64,000 nt of DNA from Callorhinchus milii (lineage: Eukaryota): positions 129,396,001 through 129,460,000 of the forward strand of contig NW_024704742.1 of NCBI RefSeq assembly GCF_018977255.1. Reading direction: 5' to 3'. A program made the position numbers and the translations under genes. Below, in pieces: positions 44,401 through 56,400 of this stretch; position 1 is the first letter of the stretch; each line of letters opens with the position of its first letter. Under the pieces are notes generated by a model that saw only the letters and a list, made by a program, of their open reading frames with translations, was not told the origin of the DNA and ran no database searches.

Positions 44401-47400
44401 TACCCTTTCAAGTTTCCGATAACCTGACCGGTTGATCAGCCATTAACAATAACTTAGATGACTTTCAGTGAGTTTCTGTGCTGTACATTCTTTGCAAATC
44501 TTTGTCAATCACAGACAATTCAGCCTGAGGGAAATCCACATTGAAATTATTATTATCATCAAAAGTAGATATAAATACTGGATTTTCTTACTCATACACT
44601 TTTCCTGTTGTGAACTTCTACTTTCTAGCCACATGTATGCTGCGGAGATCAACTGATACACAGCACCTTCCTGCAAAGCTTGGCCTCCCTTACCGTAGGT
44701 CTGTGTTTGGACCAATTGCTCTCCAGGCCAGTAGAGCCACCTCACCATAAGCACACTGGGGAAGATATTCCTTCAACTGACTGGGGCTGGCTGGCAACAT
44801 TCTCTGTTACCATCAAGAGTGCCGAAGCTCTGGCAAAAGGATCGACCTTCCCAGAAAAATTCAGCGTTCCAAATCTTACTCCAGTTTTAGAGACTGAATC
44901 TATCAAAGCAATGGTAAGATTAATAAAGAATTTTCCACTGTTATATGTTGCTGAGGATGAAGCTGTGTTGTAATTCTTCCATTGTTTCCTTGACTTTCCT
45001 TTAAAATTCTTAGTAACACTCATAAAATATAGCAGAAAGAAAATGGTACTTGCATGTAGCTTAATGTGACTATTGTATTTTTGTAAAATATATGTCAGTG
45101 ACATCCCTCAGAGTAATTCATTCTAAACTGGTAGTTATTATACAGAGAATAGTTTATGCTTGAGCAGGAAATCAACCTCTTGAATTTTACGCCCAAATTT
45201 CATGTTGTCTTTGAGGGATGCTTTCAGTCTTCCAACTCACATTAGTCACTTCTGCTAGTTATTCCAATTGTAATATCTGTTAAAGCTTAGGATTCTCATG
45301 GAATCAACAGCACTTTATTCCTATGTAAAGATGATTTTTTTTAAACTTTCAGATTTTCATTAAAAAAAACTTGGATCAAGGGTCATCCATGGCCTTGCCC
45401 CCTCCTACCTCTTTGACCTGCTGGTTCCCTGCCAACCTGCCCCCTCCCTCCATTCGGCAGGCTCTGGTATGCTCCATGTCTCCCGCCCTACCATCGGTGT
45501 CCGGGCTTTCAGCCTCTCTGCCCCCACACTCTGGAACTCCATCCCGCAGTCCCTTTGCCTCGCTTCCTCCCTTGCCTCCTTCAAGGCCGGTCTCAAGACC
45601 CTTCTCTTCGATCGTGCCTTTGGTCGCCCTCCCACCTCTCTGCCTTTCCTCACCCCTACACCACCCCTCCCCCATACTCAGGTCCCGACACCTGACTGTT
45701 CAGCATTTTGGGATGTCCTCCCACCGTGAAAGGCGCTCTATAAATGTAATTTTTTGTTGTTGTTGTTATAGCTAATTATAAAGAATTCAGGTTGAAAAGA
45801 GTGGGTAATTTAAAAAAAAATCAGATTAAATTAATTTAAGATGCACAAATTCTGACAAACCTCTTACAATCACTCTTACTAATGTCATGAATGTTATCCA
45901 ACTGTGCAGAGATTGTTTTATATAGTCTCTATGTTTAAAAATGAGTTTAGTATGGTCTGAAACCTGTCCATGAAAATTGACACTAAGAATTATCCAGAAA
46001 CGTTAAGGGACAGAACCAAACATGGGAAGACTAATACATTTATTGTCTTAAATAAAAATGTCCAGCACTTACCAAGGGGGAAGCTGAAAGAGATGTAGAG
46101 TGTTAATTGACTCCACGCTCACTAAGTCAAAATAGTGTGAGGCAGCAATAAACAAGGCAAACAGGATGCTGGGCTATATTGCTAAATTGATTGAGTTTAG
46201 ATCCCCAGACATCATTCTCGGGCTGTACAGTGATCTGGTCAGACTGTACCTGGAATCCTGCCACAGTTCTGGTCACTGTGACATAAGGGAGTTGTCAAGG
46301 CCCTGGAAGAGCAATGAGGATGCAGAGGAGAGCAATGAGGCAGATCTGCAGTGTTGGAGGAATGAGCTATGAGTAACAACTAAACAAGCTAAGGCTCTTC
46401 AGTCTTGAGAGAAGGCATCTCAGAGGGAACATCATAGTGGTGTACAAAAATTTAAATGGGATTGAAAAAGTAAACCCAGATCAATACTATCATCACAAGA
46501 GAACATGGATTTAGAGTTAGTTGTAAAGGGCAGTAAGACAGTGGATCCCTGGAAGTTTTTCTTTACGCAGAGAGTAATCAATGACTGAAACATGTTGCCA
46601 GGACTCTAGACTCGTGTAAAACAGGAGCTTGCTGCAGTGTTTGGGAGATGGTAGACTGAGGGTTCTGGAAGAGTAAGATCAGATGGGTCTGAGTGNTTTT
46701 TTTCATCCAGACTGATCTTATGGTAACTTTTAAGTTTGCCTACCAAATAGAGCCACTAAATTGTACAATGTATCCTGTGAAGCTCTGAGATAGCTTCTCG
46801 ACAAGAAAAATTCAAGGAAATCTTCGCAAAAAACTGTTTCTACTCTTATGGGTCTTAACTCAAACAATTACAAAAACCTTTATTCTTTAATTTCTTCAGC
46901 TTTTCTTCAAGATATGCTTTTGTTTGTTCAATTTTAACAGGACAATAATAAGTGGACTTACTTAATGGATGAGCAGCTCATGGCCTGGGCAACATCTAGA
47001 CCAGAGGTAAAGCCCTTTTAAGTTAATGCAAAAAGTGATGCACAGAGCTGTGTTCTATTAATGGTATTTTACTCTATTTATGAGCAAAATTGGAAGAAAC
47101 AGGAGAAAGAATTATCTGTAGCAGCTGTTAGCAAACTCATAATCTGAGGTTAAATCACCAGTCGTGATTACAAATTATAATTTTCAACTGTGCTCCCTGT
47201 TGCTTTCCTTGTAGAATCTTATTTCTTTAAAAGTGCCTTGGATCACCATTCTGCTTGGGCTCCAACTCTGTCTCTTTAAGGCACTTTGAAACATATGAGT
47301 ACAAGATGTTGAAATCTTTAAGACACGTGATTAATCGACTTGCATCCCTCGTGCCTGGAACACATTTAACGCCAGACCTTGGAGTTGAAAGGGCTATGTC

Positions 47401-50400
47401 TTTGTGACTTGTTGATTGTTTGGTTCTGTATAATCTTTTTGTTATTCAGGACTGGCAGCTTGGTGGGAAAAGTGAAGTGTACCTGTGGGGAGGTGGCCGG
47501 CACGGACAGCTGGCGGATGCTGGAAACAGTGCTTTAGTGCCAACTCTCGCTCCGTCTTTATCACAAGCTCTGCAGGTGATGTTATTTTACTGTATTTTTT
47601 TTAAAAATGATGAGGTGAATCCCTTCAGTTCAGTGCAAGACTAATATTTTCCTCTCCACCATAGATAGCTGTTGCGTTCGCTGCCCCAATCTACGGGATA
47701 ATGCCATCCACCTGAACGCTCGCTCCCGGTCCCCGCGTGCGCACTATGGCTGCCGCTTTGACCCGAGCCCCCTCACCCCCTCCCTCCCGCCCCCCTCCTC
47801 TCTCCACCCAAACCCTCCCCCCTCTCCATCTCTCCCGCTCTCTCCTCCTCTCTCTCCGTCCCTCTCGTCTTCTATCCCCACTTGACCCTCCCACAACCTC
47901 CCTCTGTTCCAGTCTGGGAATCCTCCGCCGGGCTCACCGCGGCACTCGGCGTTGGCTGTCCAGCAGCAGCCACACCGACTGCCCCATTCCCCACCACACT
48001 CGCCACCCACCCCGGACACAGACCCGGGGAGTCAACCTCTCCTCCCTCATCCCCATTCCCCCCACCCCTGCCTCACAACCTGGACCCCCTCCCCTCCCAC
48101 ACACCCTTCTGTCAACCGCTCCCTCCACATCGGACTGCAAAATGTCCGCTCCCTCTGCAACAAGGCCCTGGTCATCAACGATCTCATCCTTGATGAGAAC
48201 GTTGATATCATGGCCTTAACAGAAACCTGGCTCACCCCAGGCGACACCTTCCCCCTCACGGAGGCCACGCCACCCGGCTACACCTCCCACCACATCCCCC
48301 GCCCCAACCGCCGTGGCGGTGGTGTTGCCCTTATCTCAAGGACACCACTTGCCCTATCCCCCTACTCCACTGGCTCTTTCCCCTCCTTTGAGCACCTCAC
48401 CCTCTCCCACCCCTCATTCCTCTCCCTTAAAATCCTCCTCCTCTACCGGCCCCCTAAAACCTCTCCCACCTTCATCTCTGACATTTCAACACTCCTCACA
48501 TCTCTTTGCCTCTGCTCCGATCGCCTCATCATCCTGGGCGACTTTAACCTACACTTCACACCCTCCTGCTCCATCTCCACAGACTTCTCTTCCCTGCTCT
48601 CCTCACTCAACCTCTCCTTACACATAAACTCCCCCACTCACAGTCACGGCCACCCACTCGATTTGGTGATCACCCGGGGCCTCAGTGTCTCGGATGTCAC
48701 TATTACCGACAAGGCCATCTCTGACCACCACTTCATCTCCTTCACCACCTCCACCCCCCTCCCCACCTCCACCAGACCCACCACCATCTTCTACCGCCCT
48801 TGGAAGAAGTTACCCCCACAATCCCTAACCGATGCCTTGGAGTCCTCTGAACTCCTCTCCCTCTGGCCTTCAACCCTCACCGACCCCTCTTCTCCTCTCT
48901 CCCTCCTCCACAATACCCTCTCCTCCACACTCGATACTCTTGCCCCCATCACTTCCCGCACTGTCTCCTACTCCCGCTCCTCCCCCTGGTACACCACCCA
49001 CCTCCGCTCACTGAAAAGCCAGGTGCGGGCTGCTGAGCGCACCTGTGTCAAATCTGGCCTAACGGTCCACCGACAAATCTGGCTGGACCTCCTCAAAATT
49101 TACCGCTCCACTCTAGCCTCGGCCAAGTCGTCCTTCTACTCCAGGATAATCCTGGAGGCGAAGAACAACCCCAGGCTACTGTTTTCCACCACAACCCGAC
49201 TCCTCCGTCCCCCCGCCACCCCGCGCAGGTCATCTCCTCCAACCTTCACTGCGAGGAGATGCTGGATTTCCTTGAATCCAAGATCAAGGGAATCCGCTCC
49301 GCGGTCACTTCCCCTCCAACTTCCACCCACCACCCACCCCTTCCCTCCCACACTCCGACTCCTACCCATCCTCCCCTACACACCTTCGTACCCGTTTCCC
49401 CACCCTCTGTCACTGAACTCATCCTATCCCTAAAACCAACCACCTGCTCCCTTGACCCCATCCCCACTCCACTCCTTATCTCCCAGCTCCACTTTCTTGC
49501 CCCACATATCACTGACATCATCAACCTGTCCCTCTCCTCTGGCTCTGTCCCCATTCCATTAAAAACTGCCATCATCACGCCCACCCTGAAAAAACCCTCC
49601 CTTGATGCGTCGCAGCTATCAAGCTACCGGCCCATCTCCAACCTCCCCTTTCTCTCCAAGGTCTTGGAAAGAGTTGTCGCCTCCCAACTGCGCTCTTTCC
49701 TTTCCACCCATTCTCTTTTCGAACCCCTTCAGTCAGGTTTCCGTGCTGCCCATAGCACAGAAACTGCCCTGGTCAAGGTCACCAATGATATCCTGACCAT
49801 CTGTGACCAGGGCTCCCTCTGTCTCCTCGTCCTCCTCGACCTATCGGCAGCATTCGATACGGTCGACCACGCTATCCTACTCCACCGCTTGTCCTCCCAC
49901 CTCAACCTTCAAGGCACTGTCCTTGAATGGTTTAGGTCGTACCTTTCTCACCGTCTTCACTTCGTCTCGACGAATGGCTTCTCCTCCACCCCCCGTACTG
50001 TCTCATGTGGTGTCCCTCAGGGCTCTGTCCTCGGTCCCCTCCTCTTCACCCTCTATATGCTCCCCCTCGGTGACATCATCCGCAGACATGGAGTTAACTT
50101 CCACATGTATGCGGATGACACCCAACTCTACCTTTCCTCCTCTACTCTCAACTCCACGACCACCGATGTCCTGACAGCCTGCCTGTCCGACATCGAGTCC
50201 TGGACGAGAGACAACTTTCTTCAGCTCAACGTGCGAAAAACCGAGGCCCTCCTGATTGGCTCACGTCAGCGCCTCCGCACCTCAGGCGCTGACACCATCA
50301 GCATCCAAGGCTGCACTCTCCACCTCTCAAAGCCAGTCAGGAACCTCGGCGTTTTGTTCGACCCTGAGCTGTCCTTTCTCCCTCACATCCGCACCACAAC

Positions 50401-53400
50401 TGGCACCGCCTTCCATCACCTCCGGAACATCGCCAGACTACGGCACTACCTCACCCCTCACGCTGCTGAAACCCTGGTTCACGCCTTTGTCACCTCAAGG
50501 CTGGACTATGGGAACTCTCTCCTCGCCGGCCTTCCCGCCACCTCCCTCCACAAGCTGCAGGTCATTCAGAACTCTGCAGCTCGTGTACTGTCCCGCACCA
50601 GGCTTCGGGACCACATCACTCCCACCCTCGCTCGCCTCCACTGGCTCCCCATCCCCCAGAGGATTGATTTCAAGATCCTCATCCTCACCTACAAGGCCAT
50701 TCACGGCCTTGCTCCCTCCTACCTCTCCAACCTACTATCCCCCTACCTACCTGCCCGTACCCTCCGTTCCTCTGGCTCCGGTCTGCTCCACGTCCCCCGC
50801 CCCAACCGCCCTACCATCGGTGGTCGGGCCTTCAGCCTCTCAGCCCCGAGGCTCTGGAACTCCATCCCCCAGTGCCTTCGCCGCTTCCTCCCTTTCCTCC
50901 TTCAAGGCCGGTCTCAAAACCTTTCTCTTTGACCGTGCCTTCAGCTCCCCTCTCGACTCTCTTCCCCCTCCTCGCTCCCTCCCTTCCCTCCCCTCACCCT
51001 GACCATTTCCCCCCTCCTCGCTCCCTCCCTCCCCTCACCCTGACCATTTCCCCCCTGCTCGGGTCATGACCCAACTGTGCAGCGCCTTGGGACGTCCTCC
51101 TGACGTGAAAGGCGCTTTATAAATGGAATCTTGTTGTTGTTGTTGTTGAGGTACCCCACAATACTGCTTTCTATTATTTTTATATCCAATTTCGTCATTT
51201 GAAAAGAGAAGCTTTTCTTTTAGTGTCCCAACAATCCTCCAGGTATAATTAGTCATTCACCTCATGTTGGTTGGTTTGTGGAGCCTTGCTGTGAGTAACA
51301 TTTCTGCTATATGTGCCTACCAAAACAGTCACTACACTTGACAGTGATTACACTTGAAACGCTTTGAGATGTCTACAAGAAAAGCTGCTGCAAAAATGCA
51401 AGATTTTAACTTGTGTTTATACTACTGAGAGAGAGCAGAGTTTCACATTTGGAAAATTACGGTTTGGTTGCAGTGACTGGTCTATTTGAAGGCAAATACA
51501 GCAGCCATTTTTGCACACAGTAATGTCCTGCATGTGAATGACCAAATTTATCTAGAGGATTGTTGGCCAGGGCACCGGGAGAATCTCCCATCTCTTTTCA
51601 AATAGTACCATCGGATCTTTTAACATCCACCCGAACAGGCAAACAAGACCTTGGTTTCAGATCTCATGTGAAAGATTGCATCACTGCCTTAAATTGTCAG
51701 CCGAGATTATAAACTCAAAAGTCCCCAAGTGGGGCTTGAACCCACAACCTTCTGACTGGAGGTGAAGTGTTACCTATTGTGCAAGGCTAACACCAAATGT
51801 AGTGGTGGACATTGCAAAGGGAATTAAGAGATCTAAGTATGCTGACCAAAGTGGGAGTTTGGCAGCTCCATGTCAGTGCATGATTTCTTTAGCAAAAATC
51901 TTTCTGCCTTCTTCCTCGCAACATTTTCCTGTTAATCACATTGCTTTATAAAAAAGATCTAAAACGTCTCATTTAGATTTATTATTTCCCCTGTTTAAGC
52001 AAATTGGTACAAATGTGGACCAGTGGGACACACAAAATAATAGGGACATGCACTCATCTGTGAAGAGCACTTTTGAGTTTGACTCCAAATAATTAGCAGG
52101 TCTCTGTCACCTACCCAGGATCCCATTACAGGAGTAGGTTTGCAAGAAATGCTCAAACGTTCCTGTGCAGTCCAGATAACATGGCTGTATAGGCTTATTG
52201 CTTCATTTCTTTTTACCTACTGGCAACTTATGTCTTTGCGTCAAACCCTTACACAATTTTTCTTTGCTTTTTTTTAAAAATCACTTCTTAACCAATGGAT
52301 TTTGTAATGGAATAAAATGATCATGTGTTTTATTGGCTTGTCGATGACCAGGTGGTATGTGGCCAGAACTGTACGTTCCTAGTTCAAGCCAACGGGACAG
52401 TCGTGGCGTTTGGAGAAGGTAGTTATGGTCGCCTCGGCCAAGGAAACTCTGATGACCTTCATACACCTACAGTCATTGCAGCACTCCAGGGTAAGCACAC
52501 CTAGAGCTGTAAAATCGCTCTGAAACCCATACGTCAATACCCTATTAGTAAAAAATGTATCTGGTTTACCATGCACTATTTTTAGTGTAAAGCCAGTGAT
52601 TCTGTGATTCACATTGTGTACAAAAAAAAACAAGCAAAGCAATTCATTTTTATTCCAGTGTCACACAAGCCTTAAATTTCCTGTTAATATTGATTTTGTT
52701 TAGTTTGTAATTTAGCCTGGTCTGTGTTGGTTTATCAGGATAGTACTTCATCTCAAGTCTAGCATCACGTTAAATTAATAACTAGACAGGTATGGGAATG
52801 TCTTGCCCAAGCTCTGTTCCCTTAAAAATTCACCCACAAAACCAGTCTGCACTTCGCGTCAACCTCCCAGTGTGGAAGAAGCTATAACAACTATAAGGAT
52901 TATTATTATTACTAATAAAATCAAAACCGTTACCGAGATCGAAATATTTCTACAATTCTTTTAAAGCTCAAGGTCCATTGTACAGAAGAAAGTGACAGTA
53001 GCATGAATAACCACCTTTTTATGCAGTCCACTTTATAACCTTATTTGTAATCCTACAATTTAAATTGCAAAACAAATGAGAATCCTCATGAAAGTAATGC
53101 TTTCAAAGCCATTCAGCTGACTAAGTACAGCTTTTGGAAGTCTTAGATTTTATTGAATCTCACACACTTTAGAGTGGAATGAAGGTGTTGTCGTTATAGC
53201 TCTGATTTTGAAATGAAAAGCAGTAGAGTTGCACTTCAAGTGGTGCGATTCCAGTAATTCTACTGTAAGATTATTTGACTCCAAACTTGTTCTCCAAACT
53301 GATGACCTCAATGATGTTAAAGTGCTATTCTGTTGTGAAATAGATATGGGAGCACATTTGTTTGTAACTTGTAGTTTGCACAATGACTGAATGCTCATTG

Positions 53401-56400
53401 AATCTTTCCTGAAAAGAGAGCTGTAGGAAACAATAGTACAATACTGTTTTACATATTTAGCAATTGCTGTCAGATTGCAGATAAATAACTGCATGTGCAG
53501 TAAATGCATGCGTTCACATGTATGTGTTTGTGTGTGTGTATACACTATAATCTCAATTCTGAGATGTTTTACGGTAGAGGCTAATTAAGAGAGTTCGGAA
53601 TCTTTGACCTTTATCGCCTGACCTTTAGTTTGTTACTGAGAATAGAACCGTCCATAGAAGCTGTTTGTATGTTTAAAAAAAAAACTTGCACATTCAAGCA
53701 TTATTCATGCCACTGACAGAATGTACACATTTCAAATAGTAAAGTTTTTATAAAACAGAATTGGACACTGCTTGCATTTTGGTTTTAGTACATATGTGCA
53801 CTGAGATCCCAGTCAGTGTTGGACCCAAAAATAGTATAGAGCAGGGATGGCCAATTTGCAATCTGCATTGCACATAGCCATGTGGACCGCAAGCTAGGAT
53901 AGAGGAATGGTTGTGTGTTGACCCAACAAGTGAATTGTTTGGGGTCCCAGAATATAATCAATTACGTTAGCAAGCTGTGCAATGAGTTTTTATTTTAATA
54001 GAGGAAGGATAAGAGTGTGTATGATGACATGAGGGGACATTGGATAAAACAATTGTAAGAATAATATTAAATGATATGCTAGAAGAACAGAGGATAAGTT
54101 TGAAGAACAGTAAGTAGTTAGCTCCAATTGGACAGATTGTCTTTCCAATGTATTTATGTGTCATAAACTTTGAAGTTTGGAGGAAGAAGTGAGGATAGAG
54201 CCTCGGCCACAGTGGTCACATAAAAATAGAGACAAGAAGATTTATGAATAAGTGAAAGGGAAGGGTACCAGAGGTGAGTTGTGCTTCCCTATCCAACGAT
54301 GAGCCTTTTTTTAAAACGTATATTGCCATCAATATAGTAAATAAACCAAAACAATACGTTTTTAATTTAGTACACAAATTCTATCTATAACCCTGCTTTC
54401 TTTGGTATAATTGTCATGATGTGAGAGTGGATGTGGCCCTCTTGTTGTTTCAGAAGGGAATCTTTTTATGACCATATTTATGTCTGTATACCAGCTGTCA
54501 TATCCACAACATATCCTTCCTTGTTACCTCCCAGGTTATGTAGTGACCCAGCTAGTCACTTCTTGCGGATCGGATGGTCATTCTATGACTCTGACTGAGA
54601 GTGGTGAGGTTTTCAGCTGGGGAGATGGTGATTATGGAAAGCTCGGGCACGGAAACAGTGAAAGACAGCGCAGACCAAGGCAGATCGAGGCTTTACAAGG
54701 AGAGGAAATTGTGCAAGTATGTACATTTGCCCAGAGACTATGTGCGAAGATGACAGTGTTTTCTTCAATGTGAATCAATTCAGCCTCTCAGCCCGGCTCT
54801 GACTCCCCCCTGCCTTCCCTGCTTCCTCCTTCCTCTTCAACCGTCTCCTTTCTTTGAGCGTGCCTTCAGCTCCCCTCTCGACTCTCTTCCCCTCCTCGCT
54901 CCCCTTCCTCTCCTCACCTGACATTCCCCCTCTCTCATACCCAACTGTCAGCCTTAGTCCTCTCGTGAAAGCTTTATTTTGTTGTTTTTTTTTTTTTTTC
55001 TGCACCTCTTCTTTCATTCAGGCTTTTTTTTTCATTTCTGCTGTATGCAATTGATTGCCGCGTTTTGCCCACAAAATACACAGTATATTCTATGAAGCAT
55101 TTGAGATGTCTTAATAGTGTGATAATGTGCTATATGAAATAGGTTATTCAAGGATAATAATTATTATTAATCAAGTATTATTATTATACGTCTTCTCGCA
55201 TCGGACAGTGCCTGGGTCAGCAGTTGGGGTGGAGACTTTCCACAGTGCTGCTCTGAAAGCACGACACAGGGAAACTTCCAGAGTTCATAGCTGTATAAGA
55301 GAATTATACAGCACAGAAGGAGGCTATTCGGCCCATCGTGTCTGTGCCATCTCGTTGAAAAGAGCATCCAATTCAATCCCGCTCACCCGCGCTCTCCCCA
55401 TAACCCGGCAAACTTGTCCTCCCCAAATAATTATCTACTTAAAAGTTGTTATCAAATCTGCTTCCACCACCCTTCAGGCAATGCATTCCAGATCCAAACT
55501 ATTCACTGTGAAAAAATTTCTCCTTACCTACCTTCTGTTTCTTTTAACAACTACTTTAAATCCTTGTCCTCAGGTTACTGACCCACCCGCCAGTGGAAAT
55601 AGTTTCTCCTTGTTCACCCTATCAAATCCCCTCATAATTTTGAAAACTTCTATTAAGTCTCCTCTTAACCTTGTCTGCTCCGAGGAGAATAATCCTAGCT
55701 TCTCTAGTCTCTGCTCATAAATGAAGTCCCTCATTCCTGGTACCTTCCTGGTAAATCTCCTTTGCACCCTCCCCAATGCCTTCACATCCTTTCTAGTGTG
55801 TGGTGCCCAGAACTGAACACAGTACTGTAGCTGAGGCCTAAGCAGTGTTTTATAAAGATTCATCATAACTTCCTGACTTTTGTATTCTATGCCCCTATTT
55901 ATAACGTCTAGTAATCCTTATGCTTTAACAACTTTATCTACCTGTCTGACCTGCCAACTTGAAAGATTTACTTATATGAACCCCCAGGTCTCTCTGTTCC
56001 TTCACCCCCCTAAAGTTGTACCATTTAGCTTATGTTGCCTCTCCTCATAACCTCTTCCATCAGATTTGAAAGGGAAATGATTCAAGTATTCGTTTTAATT
56101 AGCCTCAATGCATTGAATTTTTTTTGTTTGTTTGGATAGCTGTCTTGTGGATTTAAGCATTCGGCCGTGGTAACAGTTGATGGGAAACTCTTCACGTTTG
56201 GGAGTGGAGATTATGGAAGATTGGGATTGAGGAGTACATCAAACAAAATGCTTCCTGAGAGGGTGACTGCACTGGAGGATTATACTGTAGGACAGGTATT
56301 AATATTTAACTCCTTGTATCTTAAATATTTTTTGGATGTATAAAACTGGTACAAATATATTGTATTATTAACCTGTTGTGGAATGATTAGTCATCCATGT

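Noticed and set aside
47670..47745. HDV-like ribozyme in the L2 leader (GCGTTC/GAACGC and GGAT/ATCC pairings)
   Set aside because: Short stems exist, but I could not build the nested double pseudoknot; it needs a motif search.
47691..50704. Many overlapping Pro/Ser- or Gly-rich ORFs on both strands
   Set aside because: Alternative-frame and antisense shadows of the C-rich L2 ORF.
55127..55720. 197-aa ORF as a novel gene
   Set aside because: Composed of a SINE tail plus the antisense strand of a CR1 fragment.
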